From positions 8,031 through 72,030 of the forward strand of contig JAGBHZ010000001.1 in assembly GCA_017935245.1 (NCBI GenBank): DNA of 64,000 bases, given 5' to 3'. The notes beneath the pieces are model-generated. The model had not been told where the DNA came from. It did no database searches and was given only the letters and a program-made list of their open reading frames with translations. How positions within the stretch are numbered: position 1 is the stretch's first letter; each line of letters starts with the position of its first letter. The DNA comes from Alphaproteobacteria bacterium (GTDB taxonomy: Bacteria; Pseudomonadota; Alphaproteobacteria; Rs-D84). Position numbers and translations under genes: made by a program. This document shows positions 1 to 8,697 of this stretch, piece after piece.

Positions 1-161
1 GTCCACGCCACACTGAACACCCATCCATCTGGTGTCAGCACAGATTTATTCAGCGCATTAAACCATGCATCTGAACCATGATTTGGTGTGAACATCACCC
101 CGAATATTCCCGGGATAAAAGATATAAGCATCGCAATTATAAATTGAAAAAACTTTTTCAT
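1..161 (-). CDS. tspO: TspO/MBR family tryptophan-rich sensory protein (N-terminal part; gene runs off left edge)
   Basis: Absent from the ORF track because it has no stop in the window. The minus-strand ATG at 161 is preceded by AAAGGAG. The translation MKKFFQFIIAMLISFIPGIFGVMFTPNHGSDAWFNALNKSVLTPDGWVFSVAW fits TspO TM1 plus the W-x-x-L-x-K-x(4)-P-x-x-WVF-x-x-W signature. Confidence 0.65.
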   Translation of the reverse strand, partial: MKKFFQFIIAMLISFIPGIFGVMFTPNHGSDAWFNALNKSVLTPDGWVFSVAW

Positions 162-294
162 TTTTCTCTCCTTTATACTCTGGCAAACATTATATCATGC
201 CATCTCCCACCCCGACACAGGAACGATTTCACACACCCCTTGACAAAACATGTACAAATTTGCTAACAATCCCATTGTCCAAGGAGTAAAAGTA

Positions 295-723
295 ATGAAA
301 AACGAAGATATTTTCTTAGAAATCGTTAAACAAAACCCATCTATTTATCAATATGTAGAATTCAAACCCGGCACCCCATACATCAGCGCATTTGATGCCA
401 ACGGCCGTCGCACTGCGAAACACGTAACCATTGATGACAAACAGCGTGCGATGCAGGCAAACATACGCACCAAGGCCCCAACCCTGTCATACGACAACGG
501 TGTTTATTGTTGGGCAGATGGGGTCCACGTTTACCTGTTTGTAGAACCAGATTTGGCGCATGCCCTGTGGCCAAATCGCGAACCATTAAAGAACGAATAC
601 GTTCCAATGGCAAACGGAGAAACATTGCTTACATTTCCGTCATTGGTCCACCTGCGCAACATATCGTATCATCATCAAAAGGCAAAACTGGCAAACATTG
701 CCCAGTTACAAAAACAGAAATAA
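295..723 (+). CDS. hypothetical protein
   Basis: ORF 250..723 trimmed to the ATG at 295, which has AAGGAG 8 nt upstream. A hairpin terminator follows at 722-745. No family recognised. Confidence 0.5.
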   Translation: MKNEDIFLEIVKQNPSIYQYVEFKPGTPYISAFDANGRRTAKHVTIDDKQRAMQANIRTKAPTLSYDNGVYCWADGVHVYLFVEPDLAHALWPNREPLKNEYVPMANGETLLTFPSLVHLRNISYHHQKAKLANIAQLQKQK

Positions 724-745
724 AAATCCCCGCTTGGGGATTTTT
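722..745. terminator. bidirectional intrinsic terminator
   Basis: AAAAATCCCC-GCTT-GGGGATTTTT. Confidence 0.75.
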
Positions 746-1340
746 ATTTTGTATATATAAACAATTTATGTGGATACTTTTTATCACCATACCGGGTAAA
801 GCCACCACCAATGTCAACAACACGTACCGGCACCATATTTGACATTGGAACATCCAACACAAACAAAACACGAAAACGATGCATATAATCGATTAATCGA
901 TCATTAATCCCCGCCCCCAAATACGCCAAACCAATATCAAACACACCATCATATTCGCCCAGCCATTTGAACGCATCAACACGCAAAGTCTTTACCCCCC
1001 GCGCACCCGACACAAAATCCAACACACGCGCAACAAAATATGTGAACGGCATGTTTTCCAGTGCTGTAACACGCATACCGCATCCACGCGCAACGGCGCG
1101 CGCCATACCACCATACCCCGATCCAATTTCACACATTGTTTTATATTCTGGGTAATTTTTTTTAATTTCATTTATAACGGCCGTCCGCAGTTTATTATCA
1201 CTGGCCACAAATGGGATTTGGCGTTTTATGTATCCAGCCCAGATAAACTCAACCATCCGCAACAGCCAATATATTTCTAACCCCACCAAACAAATAAAGA
1301 AAGTATAAAACAACACAGTCGTTATCATCATAAACACCAT
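744..1340 (-). CDS. class I SAM-dependent methyltransferase with N-terminal TM segment
   Basis: Carries the motif I-like sequence CEIGSGYGGMA followed by an acidic residue after a beta strand (VTALE). The N-terminus is hydrophobic. Confidence 0.55.
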   Translation of the reverse strand: MVFMMITTVLFYTFFICLVGLEIYWLLRMVEFIWAGYIKRQIPFVASDNKLRTAVINEIKKNYPEYKTMCEIGSGYGGMARAVARGCGMRVTALENMPFTYFVARVLDFVSGARGVKTLRVDAFKWLGEYDGVFDIGLAYLGAGINDRLIDYMHRFRVLFVLDVPMSNMVPVRVVDIGGGFTRYGDKKYPHKLFIYTK

Positions 1341-1347
1341 AAAAAAA

Positions 1348-1424
1348 TGGCGCGCCCAAAGGGATTCGAACCCCTGACCTGCGGATTAGAAATCCGATGC
1401 TCTATCCAGCTGAGCTATGGGCGC
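1348..1424 (-). tRNA. tRNA-Arg (anticodon TCT)
   Basis: The reverse complement GCGCCCATAGCTCAGCTGGATAGAGCATCGGATTTCTAATCCGCAGGTCAGGGGTTCGAATCCCTTTGGGCGCGCCA folds as a cloverleaf. The acceptor is GCGCCCA/TGGGCGC, the anticodon loop is TTTCTAA, the T-loop is TTCGAAT, and CCA is encoded. Confidence 0.93.
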
Positions 1425-1473
1425 CCAGCGCACATTTTATACTAAAAATATCAGGAATTCAAGTACCCAAACA

Positions 1474-1502
1474 AAAAACAAAAAATCCCGCGATTGCGGG
1501 AT
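1474..1502 (-). terminator. rnhA terminator
   Basis: ATCCCGC-GATT-GCGGGAT, with a T-run on the minus strand. Confidence 0.75.
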
Positions 1503-1504
1503 TG

Positions 1505-1933
1505 TTACTTTAATGCTTCTGCGGCACTGCGGGCCAGGCAATCAACCCGCTCGTTCATTTCTTCGCCGGCATGCCCTTTGACCCAGTACCAATGGATTTT
1601 TTTTGTTGCCGCAATTTCATCTAACTTCATCCACAGGTCTTGATTTTTTACCGGTTTTTTATCCGCGGTCCGCCAATTATTTTTCTTCCAATTCTTGACC
1701 CAGGATAACATACCGTTTTTTACATATTGACTGTCGGTGTGTATTTCTAATTCATCATGCTTGCGTGCGGCGGTCAACGCAGATATCACCGCCATCAGTT
1801 CCATACGATTGTTTGTAGTGTTTTTTTCGCCACCACTGCGTTCCGCGACATGCGTTCCATCGGTCGCCACGAATCCCCATCCACCGGGCCCAGGATTGCC
1901 CAGACATGACCCATCTGTCCAAATTTTTAACAT
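1505..1933 (-). CDS. rnhA: ribonuclease HI
   Basis: MLKIWTDGSCLGNPGPGGWG...TNNRMEL...IHTDSQYV...WVKGHAG..NERVD contains the RNase H catalytic DEDD context. The ORF was trimmed from 2107 to the ATG at 1933, which has an AAGGA SD. Confidence 0.9.
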   Translation of the reverse strand: MLKIWTDGSCLGNPGPGGWGFVATDGTHVAERSGGEKNTTNNRMELMAVISALTAARKHDELEIHTDSQYVKNGMLSWVKNWKKNNWRTADKKPVKNQDLWMKLDEIAATKKIHWYWVKGHAGEEMNERVDCLARSAAEALK

Positions 1934-1952
1934 TTTATATACGTCCTTTTTA

Positions 1953-1961
1953 TGATATAAT
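1953..1961 (+). promoter_or_regulatory. extended -10 (TGaTATAAT) 7 nt upstream of the tkt ATG
   Basis: tatGaTATAATatcacacATG with no SD. The geometry fits a leaderless mRNA. Confidence 0.4.
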
Positions 1962-1968
1962 ATCACAC

Positions 1969-3750
1969 ATGGCATATAATTCCAAAGATTTAAAAGAAAT
2001 GGCACGCGCGGTTCGCGCATGGGCAATGCACACACTAAAATGCGCAAGAAGTGGGCACATCGGCATCGTCCTGGGGGCGGCGGATATCGTAACTGCAATC
2101 TATGCAAATTATTTACGATTTGGGCGCGATAAATTTATCTTGTCGGCGGGCCACGGTTCGGCATTGTTGTATTCGGTATTAAATTTATGCGGATACGACA
2201 TTCGTTCATTAAATTCTTTTCGTAAAATGGGCGGCCTGGCGGGGCACCCCGAATTTGGCACCGATGGCGTTGACGCCACAACCGGCCCCCTGGGCCAGGG
2301 TGTCGGAAACGCGGTTGGTATTGCGTTGGCGGAAAAATTACGCAACTCGGACGGGCGAATATATTGCCTTTGTTCTGATGGCGATTTAATGGAAGGTGTT
2401 GCCCAAGAATCAATTTCTTTTGCCGGTCGGTACAAATTAAATAATTTGATTTTGTTATGGGACGACAATGGTATTTCTATTGATGGCGCGGCATTGGTTG
2501 ACATTGATGTCCCGATGCGCATGACGGCGGCGGGATGGAACGTAATAAGTGTTCCTGGAAATGATTTTGCAAAAATCAATCGCGCGCTGTCATCGGCACA
2601 AAATTCTGACAAACCAACATTTATCCAATGCAAAACAAAAATCGGATTTGGGACCAGTATTGCTGGATCCAACCGCGCACACGGATATGCATTGGACGAC
2701 GCCGAAATTTCAAAATTAATCGAAGATAACATTTCATCAACGGGCGAAATGCTATGGTCGGATGTGGCGCGCAAACGCGTTGATATGTTAATGGTCAATC
2801 CATCAATAAATGTATCAGATGTAAAAATGCCCGCCACCCCAGACGTCATATCAACCCGCGAATTATCGGGCCTGTATTTAAACGAAATTATTCGTGCAGG
2901 CTATCCCCTGTTTGGTGGCAGTGCCGACCTGGGGCAAAGCACAAACGTTCGCCCCCCCACATCGCGCGATATTTTACCGGGCGCCTTTGACGGGAACTAT
3001 ATAAACTTTGGCGTACGTGAACACGCGATGGCGGCAATTATGAACGACATTGTTTCGGTTGGATTGCGCGCATACGCATCAACATTTTTATGTTTCAGTG
3101 ATTATATGCGTCCTGCGATGCGATTGGCGGCACTGTCGAAATTACCGGCAATTTACGTCCTTACACATGACAGTATTGCGGTCGGCGAAGACGGCCCAAC
3201 CCACCAACCAATTGAACAAATATCATCACTGCGCCTGATGCCGAACATGAACGTATTTCGTCCCTGCAACGCGGCCGAGGTTGCAACATGTTGGCAAATG
3301 GCACTGCGCGATAACAACAGTCCATCATCAATCATCCTGTCGCGCCAGAAATTCAGACAAATACCCACACCGTCGAACGCATCAATATGTCGTGGCGCAT
3401 ACATAATTTATCCGGCATCAACGGCGCGCGTACACGCAACAATTATCGCCACTGGATCCGAAGTACCACTGGCCATCGACGTGGCAAAAAAATTATCCCC
3501 CGGCGTCCAGGTTGTATCAATGCCATCGGTCGAATACTTTAAGCGCCAGTCCGATGAATACAAGAACGAAATACTGCGCGGGTTCATTGTTGCAATTGAA
3601 TCAGGTGCCACCGCGCCATGGTTTGAATTTGCCGATGCGGTTGTTGGCATTGATGAATTCGGCACTTCTGGTCCCGGCGATGATGTATATCGACACTTTG
3701 GATTTAACGCCGATACAATTGCAAACGCATTAAAAAAGAAAATAAAATAA
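1969..3750 (+). CDS. tkt: transketolase
   Basis: Contains the SGHIG TPP-binding N-terminus, GDG..MEG, the THDSIAVGEDGPTHQPIE motif, and an appropriate length. The start was taken at ATG 1969 because the 1906 start would overlap rnhA coding sequence. Confidence 0.9.
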   Translation: MAYNSKDLKEMARAVRAWAMHTLKCARSGHIGIVLGAADIVTAIYANYLRFGRDKFILSAGHGSALLYSVLNLCGYDIRSLNSFRKMGGLAGHPEFGTDGVDATTGPLGQGVGNAVGIALAEKLRNSDGRIYCLCSDGDLMEGVAQESISFAGRYKLNNLILLWDDNGISIDGAALVDIDVPMRMTAAGWNVISVPGNDFAKINRALSSAQNSDKPTFIQCKTKIGFGTSIAGSNRAHGYALDDAEISKLIEDNISSTGEMLWSDVARKRVDMLMVNPSINVSDVKMPATPDVISTRELSGLYLNEIIRAGYPLFGGSADLGQSTNVRPPTSRDILPGAFDGNYINFGVREHAMAAIMNDIVSVGLRAYASTFLCFSDYMRPAMRLAALSKLPAIYVLTHDSIAVGEDGPTHQPIEQISSLRLMPNMNVFRPCNAAEVATCWQMALRDNNSPSSIILSRQKFRQIPTPSNASICRGAYIIYPASTARVHATIIATGSEVPLAIDVAKKLSPGVQVVSMPSVEYFKRQSDEYKNEILRGFIVAIESGATAPWFEFADAVVGIDEFGTSGPGDDVYRHFGFNADTIANALKKKIK

Positions 3751-3752
3751 CG

Positions 3753-4460
3753 ATGACCGAATTTGAATTTGTTTTATCAAACGGCGAAAAAATCCCAGTT
3801 ATTATTCAAACACGACGTGGCATGCGTAACATAACATTACGCCCTAAAACGCGTCCAGCCCGCGAAATTCATATGTCGCGCCCATGGCTGGCATCTAATT
3901 CATCGGCATTAAAATTTCTTGAATCAAAACGCAAGTGGGTTGAAAACATCTATGCAAAATGTCCAAAAAAAAGTCGTTTGACACCGGGGGACGAAATTAT
4001 AATTTTTGATATGCGCGTCATTCTGGGACACGACACATCACGTCATGCGAATCGCTTTATACATAACGACAACGGCACACACACATTAATTGTCGGTGGC
4101 ACACCAGACATGTTTGAACGTCGCGTCCGCGATTTTATAAAGGCAGAATTTTTAAAACAGACAAAGGAAATAATCCGCACCGCCCCACGCAGTTTTTGGC
4201 CCACCCGCATTGCAATTCGCGACACAACCACCCGCTGGGGCAGTTGTTCCACCACCGGCACAATGTCTTTTTCATGGCGTTTGGCGTTTGCGCCACTGGC
4301 GGTTATGCGATACGTTATTATGCACGAATTGGCGCACACCAAACACATGGATCATTCACCAGATTTTTGGGCAACGGTCCGCGAACTGTATGGCTTTGGT
4401 GTCGAGCGTGCAAAACGTTGGCTGACACAAAACGGCGGCGAATTGCATAAATGGTTTTAA
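3753..4460 (+). CDS. YgjP-like (DUF45/M48 family) metal-dependent hydrolase
   Basis: Has the C-terminal motif MHELAHTKHMDHSPDFW (HExxH...H..FW), which is typical of DUF45/YgjP proteins. Confidence 0.8.
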   Translation: MTEFEFVLSNGEKIPVIIQTRRGMRNITLRPKTRPAREIHMSRPWLASNSSALKFLESKRKWVENIYAKCPKKSRLTPGDEIIIFDMRVILGHDTSRHANRFIHNDNGTHTLIVGGTPDMFERRVRDFIKAEFLKQTKEIIRTAPRSFWPTRIAIRDTTTRWGSCSTTGTMSFSWRLAFAPLAVMRYVIMHELAHTKHMDHSPDFWATVRELYGFGVERAKRWLTQNGGELHKWF

Positions 4461-4487
4461 AAACCGCCCCCGATGGGGCGGCTTTTT
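4459..4487. terminator. bidirectional terminator
   Basis: CCGCCCC-CGAT-GGGGCGG flanked by A- and T-runs. Confidence 0.75.
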
Positions 4488-5109
4488 AATCGGCCACTGA
4501 TTTCTTTAACTGACGCAGTTCTATGAACATATAAACATCTGCCACCGCATATACCAACATCGTTATTGCCAACCAATACACAACGGCAACCGCACCCGCC
4601 ATCGGCCAAAACAATAACATAATCGCCAATGCACACAGCGCAATCGCAACAACTAAATTAAACACCCAATGTCCAAACCGCGCCCGCATCATATTTATCG
4701 CAAAAACTAATGCACGAAACGCCTTGAACAAGAACAAGATCAAGAACACATACAACAACGCCATCATCGATCCCGCGGGATAGACTAAAAATAATACCCC
4801 CAGCACCACATTAACCAATCCAAAAACGACATCAACCCAACCGCCACCATATGGGCGCGCCACAACGAACCCTGCAATCAGACGATACAAACCAAACAAA
4901 ATTAAACCACACCCCAGTATAAATACCAATGTTCCCAAAACCACCAATGGTTTAAACGCCATAAACAACGCAATTATCCCCAACAATAACGCTTCGCCAA
5001 TTAATAATGGTGCACTTTTGCTGTATAACCGATTAACCGATGCGGCAATTGCATCACACGCCGTACAGCGTGTTTTCCTAGATGTTTTTTTTAATTTTTC
5101 TTTGACCAT
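4486..5109 (-). CDS. HdeD/DUF308-like multi-pass membrane protein
   Basis: About six hydrophobic helices with repeated G-rich helix pairs. No enzyme motif. Confidence 0.55.
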   Translation of the reverse strand: MVKEKLKKTSRKTRCTACDAIAASVNRLYSKSAPLLIGEALLLGIIALFMAFKPLVVLGTLVFILGCGLILFGLYRLIAGFVVARPYGGGWVDVVFGLVNVVLGVLFLVYPAGSMMALLYVFLILFLFKAFRALVFAINMMRARFGHWVFNLVVAIALCALAIMLLFWPMAGAVAVVYWLAITMLVYAVADVYMFIELRQLKKSVAD

Positions 5110-5198
5110 TTCTCTATCCCCCTTTTTTAATATTTATCACATATACACAATAACACAAATTATCAATAAAATAAAAATGTAAATTTTCCCAAACACAT

Positions 5199-5588
5199 TT
5201 ATTGCGACAAGACTTCGTTCGCCTGACCAATCAGTTTTAGAAAATTCTGAAATTTTTTATCACCCATTTTTGCGGCCAACTTTGCATTAACACCCGCCAA
5301 ATTACGATTCGTTTTTTCAATTAACAACCGCCCTTTTTTAGTTGGCAAAACATAAACACTTCGTCCATCTTCGGGGGATGAAATGCGCGACACATATCCC
5401 GCATCCACCAACGCCGCCAATTGCGCCGCAATCATTGGGCGCGACACCCCCATATCGTCTGCCAACATCATCGGCGTATGCGGTCCCGGTTTTGTGCACA
5501 ATATATTCATCAGCATTAATTGACTGGGGCGAATTGCCATTGATGAACACGTGCGCAAATACGTCCGACAAAATTCTAATACTTCCAT
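5199..5588 (-). CDS. MarR family transcriptional regulator
   Basis: 129 aa with a winged-helix region (LADDMGVSRPMIAAQLAALVDAGYVSR....DGRSVYVLPTKKG). Confidence 0.8.
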   Translation of the reverse strand: MEVLEFCRTYLRTCSSMAIRPSQLMLMNILCTKPGPHTPMMLADDMGVSRPMIAAQLAALVDAGYVSRISSPEDGRSVYVLPTKKGRLLIEKTNRNLAGVNAKLAAKMGDKKFQNFLKLIGQANEVLSQ

Positions 5589-5701
5589 TATTAAAAACTC
5601 ATTTTTTTCATACGAATAATCATATCACAAATACAACACACAAACAATAATTAATACAGATTAACTATAATAATTAACATATATTAACTATATCTTTAAA
5701 T

Positions 5702-5736
5702 AAAAACAAAGAAAGGCGGCCACACGGCCGCCCTTT
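5702..5736 (-). terminator. argS terminator
   Basis: GGCGGCC-ACAC-GGCCGCC plus a T-rich tract on the minus strand. Confidence 0.75.
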
Positions 5737-5756
5737 TATATTGTTCACACATATAA

Positions 5757-7457
5757 CTACATCGATTCCGGAACACGCAATCCCATCAAATCAATTGCAC
5801 GCAACAACGTTTCACGCGCGACATTTGCGATATACAGACGCGCCCCACGAACATCGGCCGGCACATCATCACGCAAAATCGGACAATGATGATAGAACGT
5901 ATTAATATCCTGGGCCAAATCATATGTGAAATTCGCCAACAAGTCGGTTGCGCGACGCGCAAACGCATTTTCCAACACACGTTCAAAATCCATCACACGT
6001 AATAATAAATTACGTTCTTCGGCCTGTAGTGTGCCGGCATCAGCCATTGCCGCAACGCCCATATCCGCCGCCTTTTTAGCAACCGCATTTAAACGCACCG
6101 TCGTATATAAAATGTATGGTCCGGTACGTCCTTCGAACTGGGTAACAGAATCCACATCAAACACATAATCTGATTTCACATCGTGCATTAAATCATTGAA
6201 TTTTAATGCCGCCAACGCAATCATTTCAACGGTTTCATCCGATAATTCTTTGCCCGATTCGGTCGCGCGCGCACGTACAGAATCTGCAACCATATCCATC
6301 ATTTGTCCCAAACTGGGCACATCACCATCACGTGTTTTAAATGGTTTACCATCTGCGCCGGTTATGGTGCCAAATCCAATATGTTGCAGGTTTGCCGAAT
6401 CCATCCCCGCCATTTTCGCCGCACGAAACACCTGGGTAAAGTGCAAGTTCTGACGACTGTCGGTAAAATAAACAATATCATTTGGATTGTCGGTCGTCGT
6501 ACGATAATAAATCGCCGCCAAATCCGCCGCCGCATACGTCTGGGCACCGGTGCTGGATCGCCACATAACCGGCGGCATTGGCGCGGTATCCGTATCCAAT
6601 TTTACCGGAATAACGTCGGCACCATCGTCGTGCACAATTAGATTCTTTTCTTCTAAAATCTTTTGAACCGCCGGAACATATTCCGCGACCAGGCGTTCAC
6701 CTTTGTTTTCATCAAATGGTAAAATATTCAAGCGTACCAAAATATCCGATATCTGGGCCAAAGACATTGGCGCAAATTCATTATAAATTTTTAAGCATTC
6801 TGGATTACCACTTTGCAATTCGTCGCGCAGTTTTTGCGCACGTTCCAACCAATCTTTATCTTCTTTGGCACGTGCCGCAGATGCCGGATATATCACATTA
6901 ATATCATCTGCATTCTTTGGCATACCATATTCCAAAATCCACGCAATAATCAGTCCCATCGGACGCCCCCAGTCGCCCATATGGTTATAGGATTTTGTTT
7001 TGTGGCCCAATGCGCGCGCAATACGATTAAACGTATCGCCAACAACCGTTGTACGCAAATGCCCGATATGCAGCGCCTTGCCGATATTATAACTGCCATA
7101 GTCCATATCAATAACCAACGGTTCTGACTTTTGTACCACAATGTTATATTTTTCAGGCGTTACCAAGAAATCATTTTTCAACGTGATGTTAATAAAACCC
7201 GGACCTGCAATTGTTGCGTTTTCTATAAACGAAATCTCGCATATTTTTGGCAAAATCATTTCTGCGATATCACGTGGCGCCTTTTTTAATGGTCGCGCCA
7301 GAATCATTGCAACATTTGTTGAAAAATCCCCAAAATCACGAATTTTTGGCGTTTCAATTGCCACCTCCTTTGGCAGGCAATCTGCCACACCATCGATTTC
7401 CATTAATTTGGATTTAACATTATCAGAAATAATTTTATAAACGTTCATAATAAACAC
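5757..7457 (-). CDS. argS: arginine--tRNA ligase
   Basis: Has the HIGH-type motif ALHIGHLR and a class I fold length of 566 aa. The C-terminal anticodon-binding domain ends in ...PESM. Confidence 0.95.
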   Translation of the reverse strand: MFIMNVYKIISDNVKSKLMEIDGVADCLPKEVAIETPKIRDFGDFSTNVAMILARPLKKAPRDIAEMILPKICEISFIENATIAGPGFINITLKNDFLVTPEKYNIVVQKSEPLVIDMDYGSYNIGKALHIGHLRTTVVGDTFNRIARALGHKTKSYNHMGDWGRPMGLIIAWILEYGMPKNADDINVIYPASAARAKEDKDWLERAQKLRDELQSGNPECLKIYNEFAPMSLAQISDILVRLNILPFDENKGERLVAEYVPAVQKILEEKNLIVHDDGADVIPVKLDTDTAPMPPVMWRSSTGAQTYAAADLAAIYYRTTTDNPNDIVYFTDSRQNLHFTQVFRAAKMAGMDSANLQHIGFGTITGADGKPFKTRDGDVPSLGQMMDMVADSVRARATESGKELSDETVEMIALAALKFNDLMHDVKSDYVFDVDSVTQFEGRTGPYILYTTVRLNAVAKKAADMGVAAMADAGTLQAEERNLLLRVMDFERVLENAFARRATDLLANFTYDLAQDINTFYHHCPILRDDVPADVRGARLYIANVARETLLRAIDLMGLRVPESM

Positions 7458-7527
7458 CCTATTTAACTAACCAGACAATAATACCCCATAAAATCCCAAT
7501 TTTCAACATATTACAAAAACAACCCTC

Positions 7528-7555
7528 AAAAAAAAATCACCACATGCGTGGTGAT
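7528..7555 (-). terminator. tRNA-Pro terminator
   Basis: ATCACCAC-ATGC-GTGGTGAT plus a T9 run on the minus strand. Confidence 0.75.
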
Positions 7556-7565
7556 TTTAAATCCA

Positions 7566-7642
7566 TGGTCGGAGTGAAAGGATTCGAACCTTCGACACCT
7601 TGGTCCCAAACCAAGTACTCTACCAGACTGAGCTACACTCCG
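7566..7642 (-). tRNA. tRNA-Pro (anticodon TGG)
   Basis: The reverse complement is CGGAGTGTAGCTCAGTCTGGTAGAGTACTTGGTTTGGGACCAAGGTGTCGAAGGTTCGAATCCTTTCACTCCGACCA. The anticodon loop is TTTGGGA and CCA is encoded. Confidence 0.93.
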
Positions 7643-7737
7643 AAACGAGTCCCATTATAACATTATTTTTTTTCAAATGCAAATTTTTCTGTAAATTTTA
7701 TGCTTGTTTGATTTCTGGAAAATTCCTATGATATATA

Positions 7738-8697
7738 TTGATGAATAAATACATGCGTTTTTTATGTTTTTGCATTACATTGGGCACAACATCTGTGGCC
7801 ATGGGCGTGTCAACATCACCACGTGCCACATCACAATATATCAAACCCGACACATACAATTACATGTATCCATATATGAACAATCAGATGCGCACCGACC
7901 TGAACCCTGGGGTTACGGTATCACAATCCACCAACCCAATGGATATTGTGGTAAAGACAAAGCCACTAAACAACGCAACATCATCACGTCGCGTTGTACC
8001 GCGCAGAAATGCCGGCAACACTGCACGTGCGGTAACGAATACAACGGTATATTCTGCCCCACAAACGAATCGCCGGGTTGTTGCACGACGCGCAGCAAAT
8101 GCGAATACCGTCGCCACCCCACGTGGCGCGACACGATATAACGGATTAGCGGTTAACCGCAACACTGCATCTACAACAACCACAACAAAAAATGTAATTA
8201 CACCGGTTTCATCTGCACGATGCATGGCCGATTATACCGAATGCATGAACGGATACTGTGAACGTGCCGAGACGGCATACAATCGCTGTTATTGCAGTGC
8301 GAAATTATCCCAGATTGACGCAAAATACCAATCCGCAATCGACGGTCTGATTAAGCAAATATTGGTTGCAAAGAACAAATCGACATGGTCTGATGCCGAA
8401 GTGAACGAATATTGGATGGAAACGGTTGGTAAATACAGCAACGAAAATTCATGGGAAAATTTGGATGCGGCACTGGACATTGATTGGGCCGGCATGGAAA
8501 GTTCTGTTCGCGGTCAAAACGCATTTGCCACCGGGCATCAATATTGTGTCCAGCATTTAAACAACTGTTATTATATGGCGTCAAATTTACGTGATGCATA
8601 TCGATCTGAAATTGCGCGCGATTGTGCGGCATATGAACAATCCTTGCAAAACCTGAAATCTGTCGCCGAAACTGTATTGGAGTATTATAATGATTGA
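7738..8697 (+). CDS. secreted protein with an Arg/Thr/Asn-rich linker and a Cys-motif domain (paralogous module to 61248..64000)
   Basis: Signal peptide MMNKYMRFLCFCITLGTTSVAMG, then an R/T/N-rich low-complexity region, then CMADYTECMNGYCERAETAYNRCYCSAKLSQID. Confidence 0.65.
   Translation: MMNKYMRFLCFCITLGTTSVAMGVSTSPRATSQYIKPDTYNYMYPYMNNQMRTDLNPGVTVSQSTNPMDIVVKTKPLNNATSSRRVVPRRNAGNTARAVTNTTVYSAPQTNRRVVARRAANANTVATPRGATRYNGLAVNRNTASTTTTTKNVITPVSSARCMADYTECMNGYCERAETAYNRCYCSAKLSQIDAKYQSAIDGLIKQILVAKNKSTWSDAEVNEYWMETVGKYSNENSWENLDAALDIDWAGMESSVRGQNAFATGHQYCVQHLNNCYYMASNLRDAYRSEIARDCAAYEQSLQNLKSVAETVLEYYND

Noticed and set aside
1934-2107. Long N-terminal extensions offered by the ORF track
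   Set aside because: The affected ORFs are rnhA to 2107, tkt from 1906, 10692..11189, ssb from 12895, 23552..25213, bamE to 27178, ctpA to 32767, ompA-family to 39473, and the S8 protease from 46901. The extensions use GTG, TTG or distant ATG starts, cross promoters, terminators or neighbouring genes, and precede clear SD-plus-signal-peptide or family-typical starts. The internal starts were chosen instead.
2109-2849. 246-aa minus-strand ORF inside tkt, and similar antisense or alternative-frame ORFs inside argS, rho, pyk, nifJ, envC, tyrS, A2M and pbpC
   Set aside because: They are embedded in confidently identified genes on the other strand or in another frame, and they have no independent signals.
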